From NCBI GenBank assembly GCA_043813875.1, contig JBDRKP010000056.1:1-25456 (forward strand): a stretch of DNA of 25,456 bases, read 5' to 3'. This DNA is from an archaeon (GTDB taxonomy: Archaea > EX4484-52 > B79-G9). The notes under the pieces are model-generated. The model saw only the letters and a program-made list of their open reading frames with translations. It did not search any database and was not told the origin of the DNA. This document shows positions 8,175 to 15,977 of this stretch, one piece after another. How positions within the stretch are numbered: the stretch's first letter is position 1; each line of letters begins with the position of its first letter. A program made the position numbers and the translations under genes.

Positions 8175-9512
8175 ATGAAAGGGACGGAAGTCATAGAAAG
8201 GGCAAAAAAAGATAAGGTGAAGTTTTTGGAACTGATTTTCACCGACATCCACGGGATGATCAAATCAGTCACAATACCTGCAGATAAGATCGATGAGGCG
8301 CTTGATAAGGGGATATGGTTCGACGGGTCGTCTATCGAGGGTTTCACAAGGATCTGCGAGAGCGACATGTATCTTATGCCTGACCCTAAGACTTATGCGG
8401 TGATACCATGGAAGTCGAAAGAATGCGTCTTTGCGCGCATGATATGCGATGTCTACATGCCGAGCGGAAAGCCGTTTGAAGGGGATCCGAGATACATATT
8501 AAAGAAAGTGATTGCGGAGGCAAAAGAGCTTGGTTTCGAATATTTTGTCGGGCCGGAGCTTGAGTTCTTCCTATTCAAAAGAAACGAGAACGGAGAGCTT
8601 CTGACCCTGCCGCATGACATCGCAAGATATTTCGATTATGCGCCGAGGGACCTTGCGTCTGATGTGAGGCGCGACATAGCGCTTGCGCTCGAGTCGTTCG
8701 GGATAGTTGTAGAGATGAGCCACCACGAGGTCGCCCAGGGCCAGCACGAGATAGATTTCAAGTATTCGGATGCCTTAACCACCGCGGATAATGCCATCAC
8801 TTTCAAGTATGTCGTCAAGTCGATCGCTCATGTGTACGGGCTTCACGCGTCGTTCATGCCGAAGCCGATATTCGGCGAGAACGGGAGCGGCATGCATGTG
8901 CACCAGAGCATGTTCGGCGTCAAGTCAGGCAAGAACGAGTTCTTTGATGACAATGATAAGTACAAGCTGTCGGCTGTGGCAAAGCATTTCATCGCAGGGC
9001 AGCTCGATCATGTGACGGGCATGAGCGCGATACTTTCGCCGACGGTGAATTCTTACAAGAGGCTGGTCCCGGGCTATGAAGCGCCGGTCTATATATGCTG
9101 GGGGCAGACCAACAGGTCGGCTCTTATCAGGATACCGAGGTATTCGAAAGGCAGGGAGCAGTCTACAAGAGCAGAACTAAGGTGCCCTGATCCGTCATGC
9201 AATCCATACATGGCTTTTGCTGTCATGCTCAAGGCAGGGCTTGATGGTATCAAGAGGAAGCTTGAACTTGGGAACCCGGTTGAAGAGAATGTCTACAAGT
9301 TCGATGATGAGACGCGTGTGAGCAAGAACATAAAGACATTGCCTCCGACGCTTTTTGCTGCGATATCTGAGATGCAGAAGGACGAGGTGGTGGCTGAGGC
9401 GCTCGGAAAACATCTTTATCCGATATACGTGCGATCAAAACTCGCAGAGTGGGATGAGTACCGCCTACAGGTCACGAAATGGGAAATAGATAAGTATTTC
9501 GAGAGGACTTGA
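8175..9512 (+). CDS. glnA: Glutamine synthetase type I
   Basis: FDGSSIEGF, GPELEFFLF, HHEVAQGQHEI, FMPKP…NGSGMHVHQS, NSYKRLVPGYEAP, NRSALIRIP and RAELRCPD motifs. ATG 8175 follows GAGGTG (8163-8168). Confidence 0.97.
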   Translation: MKGTEVIERAKKDKVKFLELIFTDIHGMIKSVTIPADKIDEALDKGIWFDGSSIEGFTRICESDMYLMPDPKTYAVIPWKSKECVFARMICDVYMPSGKPFEGDPRYILKKVIAEAKELGFEYFVGPELEFFLFKRNENGELLTLPHDIARYFDYAPRDLASDVRRDIALALESFGIVVEMSHHEVAQGQHEIDFKYSDALTTADNAITFKYVVKSIAHVYGLHASFMPKPIFGENGSGMHVHQSMFGVKSGKNEFFDDNDKYKLSAVAKHFIAGQLDHVTGMSAILSPTVNSYKRLVPGYEAPVYICWGQTNRSALIRIPRYSKGREQSTRAELRCPDPSCNPYMAFAVMLKAGLDGIKRKLELGNPVEENVYKFDDETRVSKNIKTLPPTLFAAISEMQKDEVVAEALGKHLYPIYVRSKLAEWDEYRLQVTKWEIDKYFERT

Positions 9513-9538
9513 TAGTCAACTTTTTGGTAATGGAGTAA

Positions 9539-9579
9539 TTGCGCAAAACCTCTTTTGGAATTTATCCGGGTTTGTGCAA
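9539..9579 (+). terminator. Imperfect hairpin downstream of glnA (terminator or 3' stabiliser candidate)
   Basis: ttgcgcaaaacc (9539-9550) pairs with gggtttgtgcaa (9568-9579) with one G-U pair and one mismatch. Confidence 0.35.
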
Positions 9580-9913
9580 AAAATTTCAACAACAAAGGTT
9601 TCGGATGGTTCTGCCAAAGCAATACCTAAACGGCCCCAGGGGCATCCCTGCCCGCCTGTGAATGAAATTATCGGCAAGCTCGGACTTATTCAGTTGAAGA
9701 CGCGTTAAATGAAATTATCATGGGCGCCTGTGGAATAGGATAGATATAAATATTTTTTATTGTGTATAAAGTATATACTGACAATGAAATCTTCAAAAAT
9801 CCCGAATGTATTTTTGAGCCTTTCTCTATGCTGTTGCATAGAAAGAAGCTTGAAATCCAAAAATTGCACATAAATTTCATGATTTTTCAGGTTCAGTAAT
9901 TTTGGTGATGATT

Positions 9914-10885
9914 ATGGAAATCAAGGAAATAATATTTGATCCGGATGAGATGACTCCTCGCGAGTTCATTGATGAGAAAGTCAAGGAGATCTCTTCTGTT
10001 GTCGATGAGGGGGTTGCGATCAATGCCCTTTCCGGAGGTGTGGATTCTTCGGCGGTTACTATGCTTGCGCACAAAGCGCTGGGCAATAGACTCAAGACAT
10101 ATTTTATCGACAACGGCATCATGAGGGAAGGCGAGCCTGAGCGTATCGTTTCATTGTTTGCTACTCTTGGGGTCAATGTTGAACTGCTTGATGCGCGAAA
10201 GACGTTTTTTGATGCGCTCAAGGGCATCAGTGACCCTGAAGAAAAAAGGGAGGCCATCACCCAGACATTCTATAAAAATGTTTTCAGCAAACTGGTAAAG
10301 GAAAGCGGCGCCAAGTATCTTTTCCAGGGTACAATACTTACGGATGTTGATGAGACTGTTGCCGGCATAAAGAGACAGCATAATGTTTTTGAGCAGATGG
10401 GAATAGATCCACAGAAGGCGTTCGGGTATAAGATTCTTGAACCGCTTGTACAACTCAGGAAACCGGCTGTAAGGCAGGTTGCGAAGGCTTTGGGGCTTCC
10501 TCCTGAAACATATAACAGGCCGCCTTTCCCTGGTCCTGCTCTTTCAGCGAGGGTTATCGGTGAAGCAACGCCTGAGAGGATCGAGACTGTGAGGAAAGCC
10601 ACCAGGATTGTCGAAGAGGAATTGAAGAATTCCGGTGCATTCCAGTATCTGGCAATCCTGCATGATGACAGGGTCACCGGGATGAGAGACGGAGAAAGGG
10701 ATTTCGGTTTCCAGATAGAGGTCAGGTGCTGGGAAAGCACAGATGCGAGAACTGCAACACCGACGAGGCTTTCTTATGATGTTTTAGAGAGGTTATCGGA
10801 AAGAATAACATCCGAGGTTCCCGGTGTTGTGAGCGTGACTTACAATATTACCAAGAAGCCGCCTTCGACTATCGAGGCTGTCTGA
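9914..10885 (+). CDS. guaAB: GMP synthase subunit B (ATP pyrophosphatase subunit, no glutaminase domain)
   Basis: ALSGGVDSS PP-loop, DPEEKR, QGTI, PFPGPAL and YNITKKPPSTIE motifs. GGTGA (9904-9908) lies 5 nt before ATG 9914. Confidence 0.88.
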   Translation: MEIKEIIFDPDEMTPREFIDEKVKEISSVVDEGVAINALSGGVDSSAVTMLAHKALGNRLKTYFIDNGIMREGEPERIVSLFATLGVNVELLDARKTFFDALKGISDPEEKREAITQTFYKNVFSKLVKESGAKYLFQGTILTDVDETVAGIKRQHNVFEQMGIDPQKAFGYKILEPLVQLRKPAVRQVAKALGLPPETYNRPPFPGPALSARVIGEATPERIETVRKATRIVEEELKNSGAFQYLAILHDDRVTGMRDGERDFGFQIEVRCWESTDARTATPTRLSYDVLERLSERITSEVPGVVSVTYNITKKPPSTIEAV

Positions 10886-11695
10886 TTAATCTCCTTTTAA
10901 CTTTGCCTTGAGGTAGTTGGAGATTTCTGCGAGCTTGTCTATGTCCAGCTCGTAGACTTTGGTTTCCATGTCCGGCATGGATTCTCCTATCTCTTTTGCT
11001 TTTTCTTTGCCTAAGTCGAACATGTGTCTTGAGTGGTAGAATGCTTTTTTTGCTTTCTGGTTCTTGTGCATGAAGAGGGCGCTCACGGTCTTTTTGAACA
11101 GATCAACGTCTTTTATTTTGGGGTTCTTTTTTCTGGGTGTGAGCCGCACTATCGCGGAGTCTACTTTAGGGGCAGGATAGTAGCTTGTCCTGGGTACGGT
11201 TGTGATGTATTCCGGGGTGAAGTAGTATTGCGCCATAACGGATATCTTTGAGTATTCTTTCTTTCCGGGCAATGCGATCAGGCGCTTTGCGAATTCTTTC
11301 TGGTACATGAGGACGGACGTCTTTTTTTGTTCGCCGAGTTTTATGGTGAGCTTTCCTGATATTGAATAAGGTATGTTTGATACGCATTTGTCGAAGGGAG
11401 GATATTCTATTTTCAAGGCGTCTGCGTTGATTATCTCGATCGATTCATGGAATTCATTTTTCAATAGGTTTACAAGCGCGGCATCCAGCTCGATAACGAT
11501 TACTTTTTTTGCGTGCTTTATGAGTTCTTTTGTCAGTGTGCCGGGACCGGGACCGATCTCGAGGATGGTTTCTGTCTTTTTTATCTGTGCTGCATCTATC
11601 TCTTTTTTTATTGCTTCTTCATCTATGAGGAAGTGCTGGTCGAGGTTCTTTTTTGGAAATATGCCGTATTTCCTGAGTAAGTCATGCATAGGCAT
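10886..11695 (-). CDS. rsmA: 16S rRNA adenine dimethyltransferase KsgA/Dim1
   Basis: KNLDQHFL, LEIGPGPGTLT, IELD, SNIPY, MYQKEFA and PAPKVDSA motifs. The stop abuts the convergent guaAB stop. Confidence 0.94.
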   Translation of the reverse strand: MPMHDLLRKYGIFPKKNLDQHFLIDEEAIKKEIDAAQIKKTETILEIGPGPGTLTKELIKHAKKVIVIELDAALVNLLKNEFHESIEIINADALKIEYPPFDKCVSNIPYSISGKLTIKLGEQKKTSVLMYQKEFAKRLIALPGKKEYSKISVMAQYYFTPEYITTVPRTSYYPAPKVDSAIVRLTPRKKNPKIKDVDLFKKTVSALFMHKNQKAKKAFYHSRHMFDLGKEKAKEIGESMPDMETKVYELDIDKLAEISNYLKAKLKGD

Positions 11696-11778
11696 TTATT
11701 GGAAATGATGTTTTTTAAGCGTTGAGTATATGGCCGAAAAAGAGATTGATTTTTAAATTGATTATGCAAAGTTATGGC

Positions 11779-12603
11779 ATGCAATGCTCAATATGCAAGA
11801 AGAATGCGGTAATCTCAAGGCAATATGAAGGCCGCGCGCTATGCAGGAAACATTTCTTTGATTCTGTTGACAAGAATATGAGGAAAACGATACGATTAGA
11901 TGGGTTGATGCCCCGTGGCGCTCATGTCGCTGTCGGGGTGTCGGGGGATAATGACTCGATGCTGCTTCTTTATCTTTTGCATAAGCTGAATAAGATGCGC
12001 GGGGATCTTAAGATATCGGCTGTCTTTGCTGATGAAGGCATCAGAGGATACCGGAAAAAGATGATCTCACAAGCCAGGAGATTCTGTCGGGATTTGAATG
12101 TGCCATTCTTTCTTGTTACGTATAAAGATGTCTTCGGGGTAACTATAGATGAGGTTTCCCGTAAGCTTGACGGCAAAGATGCGGACGTGTGCGTGTATTG
12201 CAGGGAGCTAAGGGAATCTTTACTGAAGAGAAAGGCAATTGAAATCAATGCAGACCGGATCGCTTTGGCTTCTAATATGGATGATGAAGTCCAGGCAATC
12301 ATAGCGAAATATTTCGGGTATGATGCACCTGTAGATATCGGCGAGGTTGTGAATGTGCCTGTTGAAGACGAGGATCTTATCAAGATCATAAAACCGCTTT
12401 CTATCGTACCTGAAAATGAGACGGCATTATATGCCAGGCTAAAGAAAATCGAGTGCATGCCAATGACATGCCCGTATGGTGAAACATCGTTCAGATACAA
12501 GATCAGGGGTATCCTGAATGATCTTGAAGAGAAGCATGCGGGCATTAAATTCAATATCCTGAAGACTGAACAAAAGATAAGGATGGTTTCTGAAAAAGTA
12601 TAA
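11779..12603 (+). CDS. TtuA/Ncs6/TtcA-family tRNA thiolation-like protein with a degenerate PP-loop
   Basis: N-terminal CxxC…CxxH Zn finger, central CVYC, IIKPL and CPY are present. PP-loop reads SGDNDS, and GHNxDD reads ASNMDD. Start at ATG 11779 (11764 possible). Confidence 0.8.
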   Translation: MQCSICKKNAVISRQYEGRALCRKHFFDSVDKNMRKTIRLDGLMPRGAHVAVGVSGDNDSMLLLYLLHKLNKMRGDLKISAVFADEGIRGYRKKMISQARRFCRDLNVPFFLVTYKDVFGVTIDEVSRKLDGKDADVCVYCRELRESLLKRKAIEINADRIALASNMDDEVQAIIAKYFGYDAPVDIGEVVNVPVEDEDLIKIIKPLSIVPENETALYARLKKIECMPMTCPYGETSFRYKIRGILNDLEEKHAGIKFNILKTEQKIRMVSEKV

Positions 12604-12696
12604 AGTTGAAGACATAACTTTGGGAACTCATCCCATATTGGCTATATGGGTGGATGGTAAGCTTTTGAACTGTTGTTCAAAATAATGTCTTCACCA

Positions 12697-12816
12697 TATC
12701 CTTAAAATTGCTTTGCAATTTTAGGATTTTGAAAATTTTGATCAAATTTCCAATTTTCGAAATACGAAATGGATGAACATTTCGAAAATCCTATGAATCG
12801 ATGATTCATAAGGATA
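12697..12816. repeat. 120-bp nested inverted-repeat element with a hairpin at each end (REP-doublet/MITE-like)
   Basis: Termini tatcctta/taaggata. Left hairpin taaaattgc-ttt-gcaatttta (12703-12723); right hairpin tatgaatc-gat-gattcata (12792-12810); inner IR attttcgaaat/atttcgaaaat (12753-12763, 12779-12789). Confidence 0.7.
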
Positions 12817-12973
12817 GATTAACGTCTCTTGGTTTTTGGCTAAGTTTGTCCATTTAGTAACGACGTTAACTATAAAAGGAACTGAATAATTTTAGGGTAT
12901 TTCTAAGGTCATTGTTTTTAATCTCTGTCAAGAATATTAATTGGTTAGTAGTAAATCGCTGTCGGCTACATAC

Positions 12974-13060
12974 GTACAATGAATATATTTATATATATTC
13001 TGTACAATTATTACTCATAATAAATAACATATTAGAGTTACTTTGTTGTAAGTAACATCT
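12974..13060 (+). promoter_or_regulatory. Putative promoter and palindromic operators of the wHTH gene
   Basis: TATA-like tttatata (12988-12995) sits inside IR gaatatat-N4-atatattc (12981-13000); a second IR gttactt-N6-aagtaac lies at 13037-13056. Confidence 0.5.
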
Positions 13061-13082
13061 GTAGTCATCCAAAGGTTATATT

Positions 13083-13493
13083 ATGTGCCCGATTGAACAA
13101 CGAGACGACGATGGAATAAACCAATCCGACCGAGATGAACTTGAATTTATCAACCGGAGCCACATCAATGGATATCTTTTTACGAATGATAAGCGCGCTG
13201 CGATAATCTACCTGTTATATAACCAGGAAAAAAATGAAATGCAGACTGAAAAAATATCGTATCATCTTGGCATCTCTCACAGGACTGCCTCTTATCATCT
13301 TGAGATCCTTGAGCAATGCGGTTTTGTCGAGGTAAGGGGATTTCGGAGACATGGTCTTGTACCGACGAGATCTGTATGGGGTCTTAGTTCGAATAATAAC
13401 GAGTTGATCGGTGATGCATTTAAGAAAATAATAGATACTTTCGGAGAAGAAAAACTGAATGACCTGATCAACAAGAAACAGCGCTACAGATAA
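13083..13493 (+). CDS. Winged helix-turn-helix regulator (ArsR-like fold)
   Basis: RAAIIYLL…TEKISYHLGISHRTASYHLEILEQCGFVEV pattern. Confidence 0.8.
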   Translation: MCPIEQRDDDGINQSDRDELEFINRSHINGYLFTNDKRAAIIYLLYNQEKNEMQTEKISYHLGISHRTASYHLEILEQCGFVEVRGFRRHGLVPTRSVWGLSSNNNELIGDAFKKIIDTFGEEKLNDLINKKQRYR

Positions 13494-13510
13494 CATATCC
13501 CTGATAGACC

Positions 13511-14215
13511 CTATTTACCGAATCTCCTTTTCCGATGCGTATACTCGTCAATCGCTTTCAGCAGATCAGCTTTCTCAAATTCAGGCCATAGCTTGTCGCA
13601 GAAATAAAGTTCACTGTATGCTGCCTGCCAGATGAGGAAACCGGATGTCCTCTGTTCGCCGGAAGTCCTTATGACCAGGTCCGGGTCGGGAGTGCCGTTT
13701 GTATACAGGTATTTCCTGTATGTTTTTTCGTCTATCTTGTCTATATTGAATCCAGGCTCTTTTGCAGCGATGATGAGCTTTTTTGTGGCATCCAGTATTT
13801 CCTGGCGCCCGCCATATGCTATCGCAAAATTTATGGTGAAATCATCATAATCTTTTGTCGCGTCTTCTGCTTTTTTTATCGACTGCCGGACACGGTCAGG
13901 CAGCAGATCTATCCGACCTATCACTTTGACTTTAACTCTGTTTTGGTGTATCTTCTCTTTGTTTACAACTTCCAAGAATTCCTTTTCGAAGAGGTTCATA
14001 AGATAGTCAAATTCTACTTTAGGGCGGTCCATGTTCTCGATTGAAAATGACCATAGTGTCACTTCAGGGATCTTCAGTTCGAGGCACCAGTCGAGGACGC
14101 TTTCAACTTTTTTTGCGCCCCACTCGTGACCCTGCCATGGATTTTTCATGAGGCGCTTTGCGAATCGCCTGTTTCCATCCATTATGATGCCTAAATGCTT
14201 TATTTGATGTTCCAT
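13511..14215 (-). CDS. uppS: cis-prenyltransferase (undecaprenyl/polyprenyl diphosphate synthase)
   Basis: HLGIIMDGNRRFA, FSIEN, YGGRQEI, DPDLVIRTSGEQRTSGFL and RRFGK motifs. Start at 14215 or 14233. Confidence 0.95.
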   Translation of the reverse strand: MEHQIKHLGIIMDGNRRFAKRLMKNPWQGHEWGAKKVESVLDWCLELKIPEVTLWSFSIENMDRPKVEFDYLMNLFEKEFLEVVNKEKIHQNRVKVKVIGRIDLLPDRVRQSIKKAEDATKDYDDFTINFAIAYGGRQEILDATKKLIIAAKEPGFNIDKIDEKTYRKYLYTNGTPDPDLVIRTSGEQRTSGFLIWQAAYSELYFCDKLWPEFEKADLLKAIDEYTHRKRRFGK

Positions 14216-14614
14216 TGAACCACAAGAATTCATGATATTAAATATGTTGATTATATATGATAAACTCCTTTTAAATATTTTATTATGACCATTGGATTTT
14301 CATGAATGCCAATATTTATTCAAACAAGTTACAGGTCCGGTGTTCTAGATATAGTCAAAGCCGCAACTTTTTGGACTCAGAGCGCATTGGTTGTTTGGTT
14401 CGTGAGTCTGATTTTCAAGTGACTGCACTGGTTTTGGAATATTTGGTACTTCCGTCCGAAATGGTTGCTAATTAGATTTTAAGGTGGTGTATGCTGATTA
14501 TCGACGTATTGATGGAACCGCAAATCCGCATGGTGAGAACAACCAAACGAATTACAACCATCGTTGAGAAGAGTACCGTATTATCAACACACTGAAAAGA
14601 GACTACTCTGATTT

Positions 14615-15796
14615 TCATTTTATGTGTCTTATAAGGGTGGCGAGCTTAGGATATTTCAAGAATATCTTTATTGCCTTATGAATCTTGCCATTAAGCAAGT
14701 CACATATATCCTGAGGGGTGATGGTATCTGCGAGCATGTTCATGTCTGAGTCGGTCAATTTTTCTAATATATTCACGATTTTTTCGACATTGGACAGAGT
14801 GTTTCCTCTCTTCTTATACCATAGCCCATTGTATTTATTCAGTGTCTTTTGCGATGTGTCGCCGGTAAAGATGGCCTCATTTATTACTTCTGCTGCAATC
14901 TCTGCCGAATATGCGGATTCTTCGAGGCCGCCGCCATGAAGAGGATTTACCTGGTGGGCAGCATCACCAACTGCAAGGAAATTGTCTGTTGTCATGGATT
15001 TTAGAAAACCGCCGATGGGTATTGCGCCGGCGTTCTCTTCGATTATAGAGCCTTTTTTTATGCCTGGCTGGGTTTCTATCCATCTGTCAAGGTAGTATTT
15101 GGCTGTCTTTTCGTCTTTTACACAGGCTCCGATGCCGACGTTGGCTATGTGGCTGCCTTTGGGAAATATCCAGATGTATCCGCGCGGAGCAATACTTGAG
15201 CCCAGATAGATGCATACTTTGTGCGGGTCTTTAAGGTCGATGTTTGCCATCTCATACTGGTAACCGGGCTCTATTGTCCTGAGGGTGTTTTTTGTCTTCA
15301 GGCCTGCGAGTCTTGCAATCTTTGATTCTACTCCTTCTGCAGAGACTATTATCCTGCCGCTGATCTCTTTTTGTTCGCCGTTGTAGATCACTTTTACGCC
15401 ACTTATCATGCCGCCGGTTCTTATCAGGTCGATAACGTCTGCTTTTGTGTATATTTTTGCGCCTGATTTTGCGGCGTCGTATGCAAGAAACTTGTCGAAT
15501 ACTTTTCTTTCGATGATGAAGCCGTGCGGGTGTGCAGCTATTTCAATTGAGTGGCCGTTTGGCGCGAATATCATGCTGGCGTTTATTGTCTGGTTGACAA
15601 ATCGCTCTTTTCCGGTGTAGCCTAATTTGAACAGGTTTTCTGAAAGACCTATGCCTTCTGCGCATCTTTTAGGGGAACCTATCTCTGGCCTTTTCTCAAG
15701 AACCAATACTTTGAGGCCATGTTCTGCGCATCTTCTTGCGGTTATTGTGCCTGCGGGGCCAGCGCCGATTATTATTACGTCGTATTTCTGGTCCAT
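14615..15796 (-). CDS. Geranylgeranyl reductase family flavoprotein (DGGGPL reductase-like), paralog 1
   Basis: GAGPAG, PKRCAEG, YIWIFP (YxWxFP) and GDAAHQVNPLHGGG motifs; AGGTGA SD upstream. Confidence 0.92.
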   Translation of the reverse strand: MDQKYDVIIIGAGPAGTITARRCAEHGLKVLVLEKRPEIGSPKRCAEGIGLSENLFKLGYTGKERFVNQTINASMIFAPNGHSIEIAAHPHGFIIERKVFDKFLAYDAAKSGAKIYTKADVIDLIRTGGMISGVKVIYNGEQKEISGRIIVSAEGVESKIARLAGLKTKNTLRTIEPGYQYEMANIDLKDPHKVCIYLGSSIAPRGYIWIFPKGSHIANVGIGACVKDEKTAKYYLDRWIETQPGIKKGSIIEENAGAIPIGGFLKSMTTDNFLAVGDAAHQVNPLHGGGLEESAYSAEIAAEVINEAIFTGDTSQKTLNKYNGLWYKKRGNTLSNVEKIVNILEKLTDSDMNMLADTITPQDICDLLNGKIHKAIKIFLKYPKLATLIRHIK

Positions 15797-15903
15797 TTTA
15801 TTTCACCTGTTAGATCTCTTTTAATTAATATGTTCTGACGGGGCAGAAACGGGCACTAATACCAGACTCACTATAGTCGTTCTTGTCTTTATTTTTTATT
15901 TTC

Positions 15904-15938
15904 TTCGAAAATTCAGCAAATCGACGATTTGCCCGGAT
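15904..15938. repeat. Second copy of the 35-nt hairpin motif seen at 12781-12815
   Basis: ttcgaaaat-tca-gcaaatc-gac-gatttgc-cc-ggat aligns without gaps to ttcgaaaat-cct-atgaatc-gat-gattcat-aa-ggat. Confidence 0.65.
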
Positions 15939-15977
15939 GGATGAAGGCAAGTTGGTTTGTTGGTAAGTTTTCTTCAT

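Noticed and set aside
9686..9880. 64-aa minus-strand ORF in the glnA-guaAB spacer
   Set aside because: AT-rich, no SD or motif, and it overlaps the probable guaAB promoter.
12602..12960. tRNA, CRISPR array or IS element in the palindromic spacer
   Set aside because: No cloverleaf with T-loop consensus, no equal-length repeat-spacer units and no transposase ORF.
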